Shown here piece by piece: positions 1 through 9,008 of a stretch of DNA of 64,000 nt; within the stretch, counting starts at the first letter, position 1; each line of letters starts with the position of its first letter. Origin of the DNA: Sandaracinaceae bacterium (GTDB taxonomy: Bacteria; Myxococcota_A; Polyangia; Polyangiales; Sandaracinaceae); contig JBGAQA010000002.1 of assembly GCA_044220955.1 (NCBI GenBank), forward strand, positions 96,001 to 160,000. The letters run 5' to 3'. The notes below the pieces were generated by a model that saw only the letters and a list, made by a program, of their open reading frames with translations, had not been told where the DNA came from and made no database searches. Made by a program: the position numbers and the translations under genes.

Positions 1-297
1 GCAGTTGTCGTCGAAGTTGTTGCAGACCTCGGGCGCCCCCACCGCGCAGCCGTCGGGCCGCCACGCGTCGAACGGGTTCGTGTCCACGGTGTTGGTGTCC
101 GCCCGGTTCGCGTCGCCCGCGTCGCTCGTGCTGGAGTCGTTCGCGTCGGCCCGGCCCGCGTCGAGCCGGCCGTCGACGCAGTCGAAGCAGTAGGGGTTGA
201 CGTCGCAGCCGTCGATCGAGGCCCCGAGCGAGGCGCCGAAGACGAGGACAAAGAGCAGGCGAGAGAGAGGACGAAGCACGGCCTGGAACCCCTTCAT
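1..297 (-). CDS. Secreted/lipoprotein with Asp/Cys-rich MopE-type metal-binding repeat (5' part only; runs off the window)
   Basis: Not in ORF track. Hand translation from ATG 297: MKGFQAVLRPLSRLLFVLVFGASLGASIDGCDVNPYCFDC...APEVCNNFDDNC. Hydrophobic signal followed by Cys. The ATG overlaps the TGA of the upstream gene (ATGA, 294-297), and it has the same ExCxxxDDNC repeat as that gene. Confidence 0.85.
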   Translation of the reverse strand, partial: MKGFQAVLRPLSRLLFVLVFGASLGASIDGCDVNPYCFDCVDGRLDAGRADANDSSTSDAGDANRADTNTVDTNPFDAWRPDGCAVGAPEVCNNFDDNC

Positions 298-3200
298 CGC
301 GAGCCTCCGCGACGCTGACGGCGGCGGGCGAGCACGCCCGCGATCACGAGGCCCGCCAGCAGCGCCCGGAGGGTGCTGCCCTGGTCCTCACGCGCCACGC
401 CCACGCTGCAGAGCGGTCCGCCGCTCGCGAGCACGCGGTGCCGATCGTCGGTCGTGTGACCGCCGCCCGCGTCGCTGCCGCCGCCCATGCCCGAGTCCAC
501 GCCGGGCATCGGGCCTGCGTCCGCGTTCGTGCCGCCGTCGGTTCCGCTCGAGCGCACGCACTCGCCCGCGCGACACTCGGTCATCGACGGGCAGCGCAGC
601 CCGACGCACGGATCACCGTGACAGGTGCCCGTGACCGGGTCGCAGGTCTGCCCGCCGGAGCAGGTGACCGCGCCGCAGAGGTTGCTCGTGCACGTGCCGT
701 CCGCCGGATCGCAGACCTGGCCGGTCGGGCACGAGACGCCCATGCACTCGTCGGTGGAGCACACGCCCGCGTGGCAGACCTGCGTCGCGGTGCACGTCGC
801 CGACGCGCAGGTCGGCTCGCACGTCCCGCCGCGGCAGGCCTGCGTGCTCGTGCACGTGACCGTCGCGCACGGGTCGGGCTCGCACGCGCCGGTGGTCGTG
901 TTGCAGAGCTCATCCGTGGGGCAGCCCAGCGCGCGGCACGAGTTCTCCACGCACGCGCCGGTGCGAGGGTCACAGGTGAGCGCGCCCGTGCAGGTGACGC
1001 CCTCGCAGGCGAACGTGCAGGCGTTGTTGCGACAGACGCAGGGGCCGACGTTGTCGGTGCCCGGCGTCGGCGCGCAGGTGACGTTGCCCGACGTGTCCAT
1101 GAGCGTCTGGCCGCCGCAGGTCGCGGCGTCGCAGCGCGGCTCCACGCAGCTGCACGTGCCGTCGTGCATGAACGGCGTGAAGCCGACCGGGCAGTGGCTG
1201 CCCAGCTCGTCGATCGAGCAGGCGGACGCGCACTGGCACATCACGCACGCCGAGCCCGTCGGGCAGAGCATCCCGCCGGTCGGCGGGTTGTCGACGGTGC
1301 CGTCGCAGTCGTTGTCGTTGCAGTCGCAGACCTCGCCGCCGGGCGGGATCTCGCCGACGCACATGATGGCGCCGCCGACGCACTGCATGGTGCCCGCCAT
1401 GCACTCGCCGGTGTCCGTGCCGCAGGGACCGCCGCCGCCGACGTCCTCGTCGATGGCACCGTCGCAGTCGTTGTCGAGCGTGTCGCACACCTCGCTCACG
1501 CCCGAGATGCCGCCCTGGCAGACCAGCGTGCCGGTCGCCGGGTCGCACACGAACACGCCCGGCATGCACTCGCCGAGCGAGCTGCCGCAGGGCGCGCCGA
1601 CCGGGATACCGTCGTCGACGACGCCGTTGCAGTCGTCGTCGATCGCGTTGCAGACCTCGGGCGTCGGGCCGACCGCGCCCACGCAGCTGAGCACCCCGCC
1701 CATGCACTGGGTCGTGCCGGACATGCACGCGCCCGTGTCGTCACCGCACATCGCGCCGCCCTCGGGGTTGCCCTCGTCGATGGTGCCGTTGCAGTTGTTG
1801 TCGAGGTTGTCGCAGATCTCGGGGCGCGGATCGACGCGCCCCACGCACATGAACGAGCCGCCCATGCAGATCAGGTTGCCGGGGTCGCAGACGCCCATGG
1901 TGCTACCGCCCGGGCACGCGCCCATCGAGGGGATACCGTCGTCGATGGAGCCGTCACAGTCGTCGTCGATCCCGTTGCAGGTCTCGGCGCTTCCGCTCGA
2001 GCCGCCGGTGCACATCAGCGCGCCGGCCATGCAGTGGTAGACGCCGGGCGTGCAGACGCCGATGGAGCTGCCGCAGGTGCCGCCGCCGCCCGGGTCCCCC
2101 TCGTCGGTCATGCCGTTGCAGTTGTTGTCGACGTTGTCGCAGCGCTCGGGGGTCGGGCCGACGGCACCGACGCAGGGACCGAGCATGCCCATCGTGCAGA
2201 TCTGCGAGCCGGGCCGGCACGCGCCGACGCTCGAGCCGCACGCCTGGACCTGACCGTCGATCGATCCGTCGCAGTCGTTGTCGAGGCCGTCGCAGATCTC
2301 CGGCGTGGGCCCGATGCCGGTGCACGCGCCCCACATGCCGGCCGTGCAGGTCTGCATGCCGCTCGTGCAGACGCCGACCATCACGCCGCAGGGGCGCGTG
2401 ATGTTGTCGATGGTGCCGTCACAGTCGTTGTCGAGGTTGTCGCAGATCTCGACGCTGGGGATGCAGCCCCCGCAGACCCCCTCGTCGATCGCCATGTCGC
2501 AGTCATTGTCGATGAGGTCGCAGATCTCGAGCGGCGCCGGGCCGCACGTACCGCATGCGTTGCGCAGGCCCTCGTCGACCTGGCCGTTGCAGTTGTTGTC
2601 GATGCTGTCGCAGAGCGTCTCGGCAGGCGCCATGCACAGATCCCGCGCCGGGTGGCTGGGGAGGTCACAGTAGAGCGTGAAGCCCTCGTCGACGAGCGTG
2701 TCGCAGTCGTCGTCCAGGCCGTTGCACGTCTCGATGAGGATCGCGCCCGCGACGATCTGCGAGAACGCCAGGGCGAGGGACGTCTCGTCCGCCGCGTAGA
2801 ACCCGCGGTTGGCGCCGGGAGCGTCCGTGTGACCCGCGGCGGCGAACGCCTCGATGTACGCGTCGGGACCGGCCATGCCGAAGCCGATCCAGTACGAGGG
2901 GATGTTCCGCGTCGCGCCGCCGACCGTGGAGTTCCAGAGCTCGTTGATCGCCGTCGTCGTGGCGGCGTCCGAGGCGCAGGTCTCCTCGCCGTCCGTGAGG
3001 AAGATGAGCGCCACCGGACGGCAGAGATCGGTCGAGGTGTTGCCGATCGGGCTGCGGACGCGGCACACGCCCGGTCCCGCCACCCACCCGCAGTTGTTGG
3101 TCGTGTCCGCGTTGCAGGTGGCCATCGTGGTGCGCGAGGCGCAGACGTCACCCGCGACGACGGTGAAGAGGCCCGTCCCCTCGAAGTAGCTTCGCGCGCC

Positions 3201-3722
3201 GCGCACCGTGCCGGCGATCGGCGTCCACGTGTCGGCGCGCAGCTCCGGGTTGCCCGTCAGCGAGTCGAAGCCGGTCCCGCAGGTGAAGTCGGCCCAGCGC
3301 ACCACGGAGCTCGAGCCCTGGGCGACGATCGGCGAGAGCAGCTGGCCCTGCACGGCCGTCGAGCCGGCGGCCGGACAGCCCGCGCCGCTGTTCGCGCAGC
3401 CGCTACAGTTGAGGGCCGTCACGGTCGGCGCGCCGCACGTCCCGGTGACGGTCTCGTTGTAGCGCATGAGGCCGAATTGCACGTCGCCGTAGGCGTTGAC
3501 GACCTGCTGCATGACGCAGCGAGCATCGTTGATCCGGGTGTGCGTCTGGCCGCACGAGTTCATGCCCGATCCGGTCGATGCGCTCATCGAGCCCGAGTTG
3601 TCGACGACCACCAGGAAGTATGGGGCGATGGCGGTAGCCTGGGCCTGAACGCTCGCGGGAGCGGCGAAGCACAGGGCGACGAGGAACGGCCCGACCAACT
3701 TGGCGGCAGCGCGGTAAGACAT
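294..3722 (-). CDS. Surface protein: signal peptide, VWA domain, 11 MopE-type metal-binding repeats, Cys-rich stalk, MYXO-CTERM-like anchor
   Basis: MIDAS-like VVVDNSGSMS and LIFLTDGEETC; 11 copies of ExC[DN]xxD[DN][DN]C[DN]xxxD; C-terminal GGPLCSV, then a hydrophobic stretch, then RRRQRR. Confidence 0.9.
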   Translation of the reverse strand: MSYRAAAKLVGPFLVALCFAAPASVQAQATAIAPYFLVVVDNSGSMSASTGSGMNSCGQTHTRINDARCVMQQVVNAYGDVQFGLMRYNETVTGTCGAPTVTALNCSGCANSGAGCPAAGSTAVQGQLLSPIVAQGSSSVVRWADFTCGTGFDSLTGNPELRADTWTPIAGTVRGARSYFEGTGLFTVVAGDVCASRTTMATCNADTTNNCGWVAGPGVCRVRSPIGNTSTDLCRPVALIFLTDGEETCASDAATTTAINELWNSTVGGATRNIPSYWIGFGMAGPDAYIEAFAAAGHTDAPGANRGFYAADETSLALAFSQIVAGAILIETCNGLDDDCDTLVDEGFTLYCDLPSHPARDLCMAPAETLCDSIDNNCNGQVDEGLRNACGTCGPAPLEICDLIDNDCDMAIDEGVCGGCIPSVEICDNLDNDCDGTIDNITRPCGVMVGVCTSGMQTCTAGMWGACTGIGPTPEICDGLDNDCDGSIDGQVQACGSSVGACRPGSQICTMGMLGPCVGAVGPTPERCDNVDNNCNGMTDEGDPGGGGTCGSSIGVCTPGVYHCMAGALMCTGGSSGSAETCNGIDDDCDGSIDDGIPSMGACPGGSTMGVCDPGNLICMGGSFMCVGRVDPRPEICDNLDNNCNGTIDEGNPEGGAMCGDDTGACMSGTTQCMGGVLSCVGAVGPTPEVCNAIDDDCNGVVDDGIPVGAPCGSSLGECMPGVFVCDPATGTLVCQGGISGVSEVCDTLDNDCDGAIDEDVGGGGPCGTDTGECMAGTMQCVGGAIMCVGEIPPGGEVCDCNDNDCDGTVDNPPTGGMLCPTGSACVMCQCASACSIDELGSHCPVGFTPFMHDGTCSCVEPRCDAATCGGQTLMDTSGNVTCAPTPGTDNVGPCVCRNNACTFACEGVTCTGALTCDPRTGACVENSCRALGCPTDELCNTTTGACEPDPCATVTCTSTQACRGGTCEPTCASATCTATQVCHAGVCSTDECMGVSCPTGQVCDPADGTCTSNLCGAVTCSGGQTCDPVTGTCHGDPCVGLRCPSMTECRAGECVRSSGTDGGTNADAGPMPGVDSGMGGGSDAGGGHTTDDRHRVLASGGPLCSVGVAREDQGSTLRALLAGLVIAGVLARRRQRRGGSR

Positions 3723-3900
3723 GGGTGAAACCTCCGGCGAACGCGGAAACCTACGTTAACACGAGTCGGTCCCGCCCGCGTGAGGAAACGCGGCTGCCCC
3801 ACCCATGGGCGGGAATACTCCGACGGGGCCGGCACGGCCGGGATCCGGCGCACTTCGGCGGTCCCTGCTAGCCTGGCGGGTCGGCCCGACGGGGCCTCCC

Positions 3901-6900
3901 ATGGGAATCGAGCGCTCGCTACGAAGATGGCGCAGGTGGGCCGCGGTGCTGGCGGTCTTCGCGATCGGCATACCTCTTCTCTCCGCGGCGCTCATCCGGT
4001 CCAGCGGAGCCTCCGGCCGGGTGCGGGAGCTGGCGATCCGGGCGATCCACGACGAGCTCGGCCTGGGCGCGACCCTCGGGGCGGTCCAGATCCAGCTCGT
4101 CCCCTTCGGGATCGTCGCGAACGACATCGCGCTCGACGACCCGGTCTACGGCCGCCTCGCGGACGCGGACTCACTCACGATCCGCCCGTCGATCCTGGCG
4201 CTTCTCCGCGGGCGGCTCGACATCGCCTCGATCGAGCTCGATCGGGCGAGCGTGAGGCTCGTCGTGGCCGAGGGCGAGATCCGCAACCTGCCGCGCATCG
4301 ACACCGGCGACGGAGGCGAGGGCGAGATCACGCTGCCCTTCCACCGCTTCGAGATCCGCGACTCGGTGCTGGTGGTGGACGGCGACCCCGACTTCGAGGC
4401 GGAGCTGAGGGGGGTGAGCGCGGAGGTCACGGGCGAGGCCGACCACGTGATCGCCGTCCACGCGGGAGCGACGTCCGGCTTCGTCCAGCACGGGCAGACC
4501 CGCGACGAGCTCACCACGCTGAGCGCCGTCCTGGAGGTGGCGCGCGACCACGTGCACGTGGCCGACGCGTCGCTCGCGATCGGGCCGCTCGCGATCGCCG
4601 CGCACGAGGCCCACATCCCGCTCCCCTTCCCGGAGGATCCACACGCGATCGTGGGGCTCGAGGGGGAGGTCTCGGTGGACTACGACGTGGCCCACCTGCG
4701 GACGATCGCCCTGCCCTTCACGCTTCCACGCTTCGCGGGGATCGTGCACGTGCACGCGAGCGTGGTGGAGGACGCCGGCGAGCACGCCGACGTCACGATC
4801 GACGTGGAGAACGGCCGCATCGAGCAGTTCGGCCTCGGCGATCACGTCCACCTCGTGGCCGACGTCACGCCCGATCGCGTGGAGATCACCGAGGGTCTGG
4901 TGGACGTGCAGGGGGCCGGCGGGCACGTGGGGCTCTCGGGGACGCTCGGCCTCGGCGCTCCCTTCCGCACCGACGTCCGCGCCACGCTCGATCACCTGTC
5001 GTTCGCGCACCTCATGGATCAGTTCGAGGTCTCACCCGGCTCGATCGTCGAGTGGATCTTCGAGGGCACGCTGGATCTGCACGGCTCGCTCGCGGACCTC
5101 GACCTCGAGGGGCCGATCGACCTGCGCACGCACGACTTCACGGTCAGCGCGAACCCGTACTACGAGCGGCCGCTGCGCACGATCCTGGCGATCCCGCGCG
5201 GCCACTTCGGCGGGCGCTGGTCGATCCGCGACGACGCCGTACGCTTCAGCGACATCGTCGCCGACCTGCCGCGGAGCCGGATCTTCGGCGACGTGCTGCT
5301 CGGGTTCCACAATGCGCTCGGCGTCGAGGTGCGGGCCGAGGCCGACATGCGCGACGCTTCGCCGCTCGCCGGCTTCGAGTTCGCGGGCGTCGGAACGGCG
5401 AGCTGCCACATCGACGGCACGTTCCAGGACCCGCACGTGAGCGGGCACATCCGGCTCGCGGACTTCGAGTTCGACGGCTTCCGCCTCGGGGAGGTCGAGT
5501 CCGACGCGCTGCTCGATCCCGACGGCATGGCGGTGACGTTCCCCGAGGTCCGCGCGACCAAGCGCGACAGCCGCTACGAGATCACGTCCCTCCGCCTCGA
5601 CTTCCATCCCGGCGGGCGCCGCGATCGCTTCGAGCTGAGCGGCGACCTCCACATGGAGCGCATGACGCTCGCCGACTTCTATCACGTGTTCCACTTCGAA
5701 GACGACGAGCGCTTCACGGGCTACCAGGGCATCGCGCGCGGGGACGCACGCCTGCACTACACGCACGGATTCGACACGGACTCGCCGAACGGCACGCTCA
5801 CCGCCGAGATGCTCCTCGGCTTCGAGACCGTGTCGATCAACGGCTTCGCGTTCGAGGATGGAGCGCTCGGCGGCGCGTGGCGCTGGTACGACTGGTCGCA
5901 GGGCTACCGCGGCGGCGAGCTCGACGTCGACCACCTCGAGCTGCACAAGGGCGCGGGCGTGGTGACGGTCGCCGGTCAGATGCGCCAGGGCGGGAGCCTG
6001 CGCATGTTCGCGTCGGCCGATCGGCTCGCGCTGCGCGACCTCGAGGGCATCGGCGACACGATCGAGGGCCTCGACGGGATCGCCGAGGCGACGGCGGACA
6101 TCGGCGGCACCGCGGAGCGCATGCGCGTCGACCTCGACGCGAGCCTCACGAACGTGGTGTACGCAGGGCGGACGGTGGGCGATGCGCGCGCCTACGTGCG
6201 CATGACCCACGACGCCGACCCCTGGATCACGGACGCGCTCACCTGGACCACGCGCGAGGACGGAACCGTCGAGATCCCCGAGGGCGAGGCCTGCCCGCTG
6301 GCGCGTCTGGGCCTCGCACGCGCGACCTGGCGCCCCGACCCGCCGCTGCACACGGTCGACGGCCTGCAGCCCTCGAGCAACGGCCCGAGCGCGTTCCTGA
6401 TCTGCGGCCGCGGCCTCGACGGGCAGCTCGACGTCGATCTCGCCGTGGGCCGCACGCGCGAGCTGCCCCTGCGCGGCCGCGTCACGATCGCCGGCTTCGA
6501 CGTGACGCCTTACTTCCCGAGCAGCGGCGAGGCCGGGACGGAAGAGCTCGCCGCGGCGACGGGGCAGCTGGGGGGGCGCGTGTCGGCCGAGGTCGTGCTC
6601 ACCGGCGGCGGCATGCACGACCTCGAGGGGCTCGGCGGACGTCTGACGGTCCCCGAGGTGGAGATCCGGCGCGGGGATCTCGCGTTCCGGAACAGCGCGC
6701 CGATCCGCGTGCGGATCGAGGACGGCGTCGCCCACATCGAGCGCGCCCGCATCCGCGGCCCGGGATCGATCGTGCGCGCGACGGGCACGGTCGGCGTGCG
6801 CGAGGGCCTGGGCCTGCAGCTCGACGCGGAGATCGATCTCGGCATCGCCACGCAGCTGACGCGAGCGCTCGACGCCGCGAGCGGGACGGCGAGCATGCAC

Positions 6901-8151
6901 ATGGCGCTGAGCGGGCCCGTCGCCGATCCCGAGCTCTTCGGCGAGGCGCGCATCGCGGGCGCGGCGTTCGAGACGGCCGGCACGTCGATCACCGGCCTCG
7001 AGGCGCACGCCACGTTCAGCTCGCGCCGCGTGCTGCTCGACGCGCTGCACGCCGAGGTCGCCGGTGGGACGGTCGAGGCGACGGGCGAGGGCACCATCGA
7101 GGGTCGCGCGCTCTCGCGCTACGTGCTCGACGTGGCGGCGCGCGACCTCTCGCTGGCGCCGACCGACGGGCTCGAGGTGGTGCTGGGCACGGACGCGCGG
7201 CTCTCCTGGAGCCTCGGCGAGCGCCTGCCCACGCTGACGGGTGACGTGCGCGTCGCACGCCTGGCGTACACCCACAACATCGAGCTCGGCACGACGCTCG
7301 GCGAGATGACCCGAACCGAGCGGAGGGAGGTCACGAGCTACGACCCGGACGACGACCACGTCGACGTGGACCTCACCGTGCACCAGGACGAGCCCTTCCT
7401 GGTGCGCAACAACCTGATCGACGCGACGATCTCGATCGCGGACGACGACCGCCCCTTCCGCATCGTGGGGACCGACCAGCGCTACGGCATCGTCGGCGAC
7501 ATGCGCTTCTCGCGTGGACGCATCTTCTTCCGCAACGCCTCCTTCGAGATGCGCAACGGGGGCACGCTCGCGTTCGACAGCCACGAGCAGGTCGACCCGC
7601 ACTTCGACGTCCACGCGACGACCGAGATCCGGCGCAGCGGTGACCTCACGGCGCCGAGCTGGCGCGTGATGCTCGACGCGAGCGGCTCGCGCGACTCGTT
7701 CCGCATCGTGACGCGCAGCGACCCGGACCTGCCGCAGGAAGACATCCTCCTCCTCTTGACCATCGGCATGACGCGCATGGAGGCCGAGGCGCTTCGGGGC
7801 GGCGACCTCGGCGGCACCGCGGCCCTCGAGGCCCTGGCGGCGGTCACCGGCGTCGATCGCGAGGTGCGGCGCGCGCTCCCGGTGATCGACGAGTTCCGGC
7901 TGACGAGCGGGTACTCCGTGCGGGCGCTGCGCACCGTGCCGCAGGTCTCCATCGCCAAGCGCATCGCCGATCGCGTCCGCCTCTCGGCGACGACGGCGCT
8001 GAGCGAGACGCGCGAGTTCCGCGCGCAGGTCGAGGCACAGCTGACCGACACCACGAGCGTGCAGATCGGCTACGACAACTACAACCTCACGAGCGCCAGC
8101 TCCTTCGGCAACGTCGGCGCCGATCTGAGGTTCCGGCTCGAGTTCGAGTGA
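3901..8151 (+). CDS. TamB/AsmA-like translocation and assembly module protein
   Basis: About 1416 aa, N-terminal membrane anchor, long beta-rich body, TamB-like C-terminus (TRSDPDLPQEDILLLLTIG...VGADLRFRLEFE). Start uncertain (3805 or 3901). Confidence 0.8.
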   Translation: MGIERSLRRWRRWAAVLAVFAIGIPLLSAALIRSSGASGRVRELAIRAIHDELGLGATLGAVQIQLVPFGIVANDIALDDPVYGRLADADSLTIRPSILALLRGRLDIASIELDRASVRLVVAEGEIRNLPRIDTGDGGEGEITLPFHRFEIRDSVLVVDGDPDFEAELRGVSAEVTGEADHVIAVHAGATSGFVQHGQTRDELTTLSAVLEVARDHVHVADASLAIGPLAIAAHEAHIPLPFPEDPHAIVGLEGEVSVDYDVAHLRTIALPFTLPRFAGIVHVHASVVEDAGEHADVTIDVENGRIEQFGLGDHVHLVADVTPDRVEITEGLVDVQGAGGHVGLSGTLGLGAPFRTDVRATLDHLSFAHLMDQFEVSPGSIVEWIFEGTLDLHGSLADLDLEGPIDLRTHDFTVSANPYYERPLRTILAIPRGHFGGRWSIRDDAVRFSDIVADLPRSRIFGDVLLGFHNALGVEVRAEADMRDASPLAGFEFAGVGTASCHIDGTFQDPHVSGHIRLADFEFDGFRLGEVESDALLDPDGMAVTFPEVRATKRDSRYEITSLRLDFHPGGRRDRFELSGDLHMERMTLADFYHVFHFEDDERFTGYQGIARGDARLHYTHGFDTDSPNGTLTAEMLLGFETVSINGFAFEDGALGGAWRWYDWSQGYRGGELDVDHLELHKGAGVVTVAGQMRQGGSLRMFASADRLALRDLEGIGDTIEGLDGIAEATADIGGTAERMRVDLDASLTNVVYAGRTVGDARAYVRMTHDADPWITDALTWTTREDGTVEIPEGEACPLARLGLARATWRPDPPLHTVDGLQPSSNGPSAFLICGRGLDGQLDVDLAVGRTRELPLRGRVTIAGFDVTPYFPSSGEAGTEELAAATGQLGGRVSAEVVLTGGGMHDLEGLGGRLTVPEVEIRRGDLAFRNSAPIRVRIEDGVAHIERARIRGPGSIVRATGTVGVREGLGLQLDAEIDLGIATQLTRALDAASGTASMHMALSGPVADPELFGEARIAGAAFETAGTSITGLEAHATFSSRRVLLDALHAEVAGGTVEATGEGTIEGRALSRYVLDVAARDLSLAPTDGLEVVLGTDARLSWSLGERLPTLTGDVRVARLAYTHNIELGTTLGEMTRTERREVTSYDPDDDHVDVDLTVHQDEPFLVRNNLIDATISIADDDRPFRIVGTDQRYGIVGDMRFSRGRIFFRNASFEMRNGGTLAFDSHEQVDPHFDVHATTEIRRSGDLTAPSWRVMLDASGSRDSFRIVTRSDPDLPQEDILLLLTIGMTRMEAEALRGGDLGGTAALEALAAVTGVDREVRRALPVIDEFRLTSGYSVRALRTVPQVSIAKRIADRVRLSATTALSETREFRAQVEAQLTDTTSVQIGYDNYNLTSASSFGNVGADLRFRLEFE

Positions 8152-8927
8152 GGGTCGTGGGAGCGACGGCGTCTCGCTTCGACGATCGCGTCGCCGACTA
8201 CGTCCGGCACCGCCCGAGCTATCCGCCGGACGCGATCGACCTCGTCGTGCGCGTGCTCGGGCTCTCGCCGGGATCGGTGATCGCGGATCTCGGCTCGGGC
8301 ACCGGGATCTCGTCGGCGCTCTTGCTCGAACGGGGCGTGCACGTCCGCGCGGTCGAGCCGAACGGCCCGATGCGGGCGGCCGCGGAGGCGATGCTCGGAG
8401 CCCGCGAGGGCTTCTCGTCGCACGCAGGGACGGCCGAGCAGACCGGGCTGCCGGACGCGAGCGTCGACGCGATCGTCGCGGCGCAGGCGTTCCACTGGTT
8501 CGACCCGCGGCGGGTGCGCGCCGAGGCGCTCCGGATCCTGCGGCCCTCCGCGCGGGAGGCGACCGGCGCGCTGCTCTGGAACGCACGCCGCGCGTCGGGC
8601 ACCGCGTTCCTCGAGGGCTACGAGCGCCTCCTGCTCGAGAGGGCGACCGACTACGCGGCGGTGCGCCATCAGACCGTCGCGGCCTCGGACGCCATCGAGC
8701 GCTTCTTCGGACGCCCCGCGAAGCGGTGGTCGACACGCAACGTGCAGCGCTTCGACTGGGAGGGCCTGCGCGGACGCGCGGCGAGCTCGTCGTACGTGCC
8801 CGCCCCCGGCCACGCCGCGCACGACGCGTTCTACGCGGAGCTGCGCGCGCTCTTCGACCGCACGAACGACGACGCCCACGTCGCGTTCGAGTACGACGTG
8901 GACGTGTACTACGAGCGCATCGGCTGA
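8148..8927 (+). CDS. Class I SAM-dependent methyltransferase
   Basis: RPSYP, IADLGSGTGI and AAQAFHWFD motifs; GTGA overlap with the tamB-like gene. Confidence 0.92.
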   Translation: MRVVGATASRFDDRVADYVRHRPSYPPDAIDLVVRVLGLSPGSVIADLGSGTGISSALLLERGVHVRAVEPNGPMRAAAEAMLGAREGFSSHAGTAEQTGLPDASVDAIVAAQAFHWFDPRRVRAEALRILRPSAREATGALLWNARRASGTAFLEGYERLLLERATDYAAVRHQTVAASDAIERFFGRPAKRWSTRNVQRFDWEGLRGRAASSSYVPAPGHAAHDAFYAELRALFDRTNDDAHVAFEYDVDVYYERIG

Positions 8928-9008
8928 CGACGAGGGGCGCGCTCGCGCTCGAACGCGCGCGCCCCCCGGGCCGGACCCGGAGGGCGCGCGTCGAGCCCCC
9001 GAGAGAGG

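Noticed and set aside
1300..2740. Regularly recurring gtcgcagtcgttgtcg-like motifs resembling an array
   Set aside because: They are codons of the protein's CxxxDNDCD repeats, degenerate at third positions; not CRISPR, and no cas genes are present.
438..8736. Very long alternative-frame and antisense ORFs (438-3728, 3780-7244, 5032-8736, and similar throughout)
   Set aside because: Arg/Ala/Gly-rich shadows of real genes, expected where stop codons are rare in high-GC DNA; no motifs.
8933..9005. GC-rich hairpin between convergent genes as an intrinsic terminator
   Set aside because: Imperfect stem with no U-tract on either strand; not supportable.
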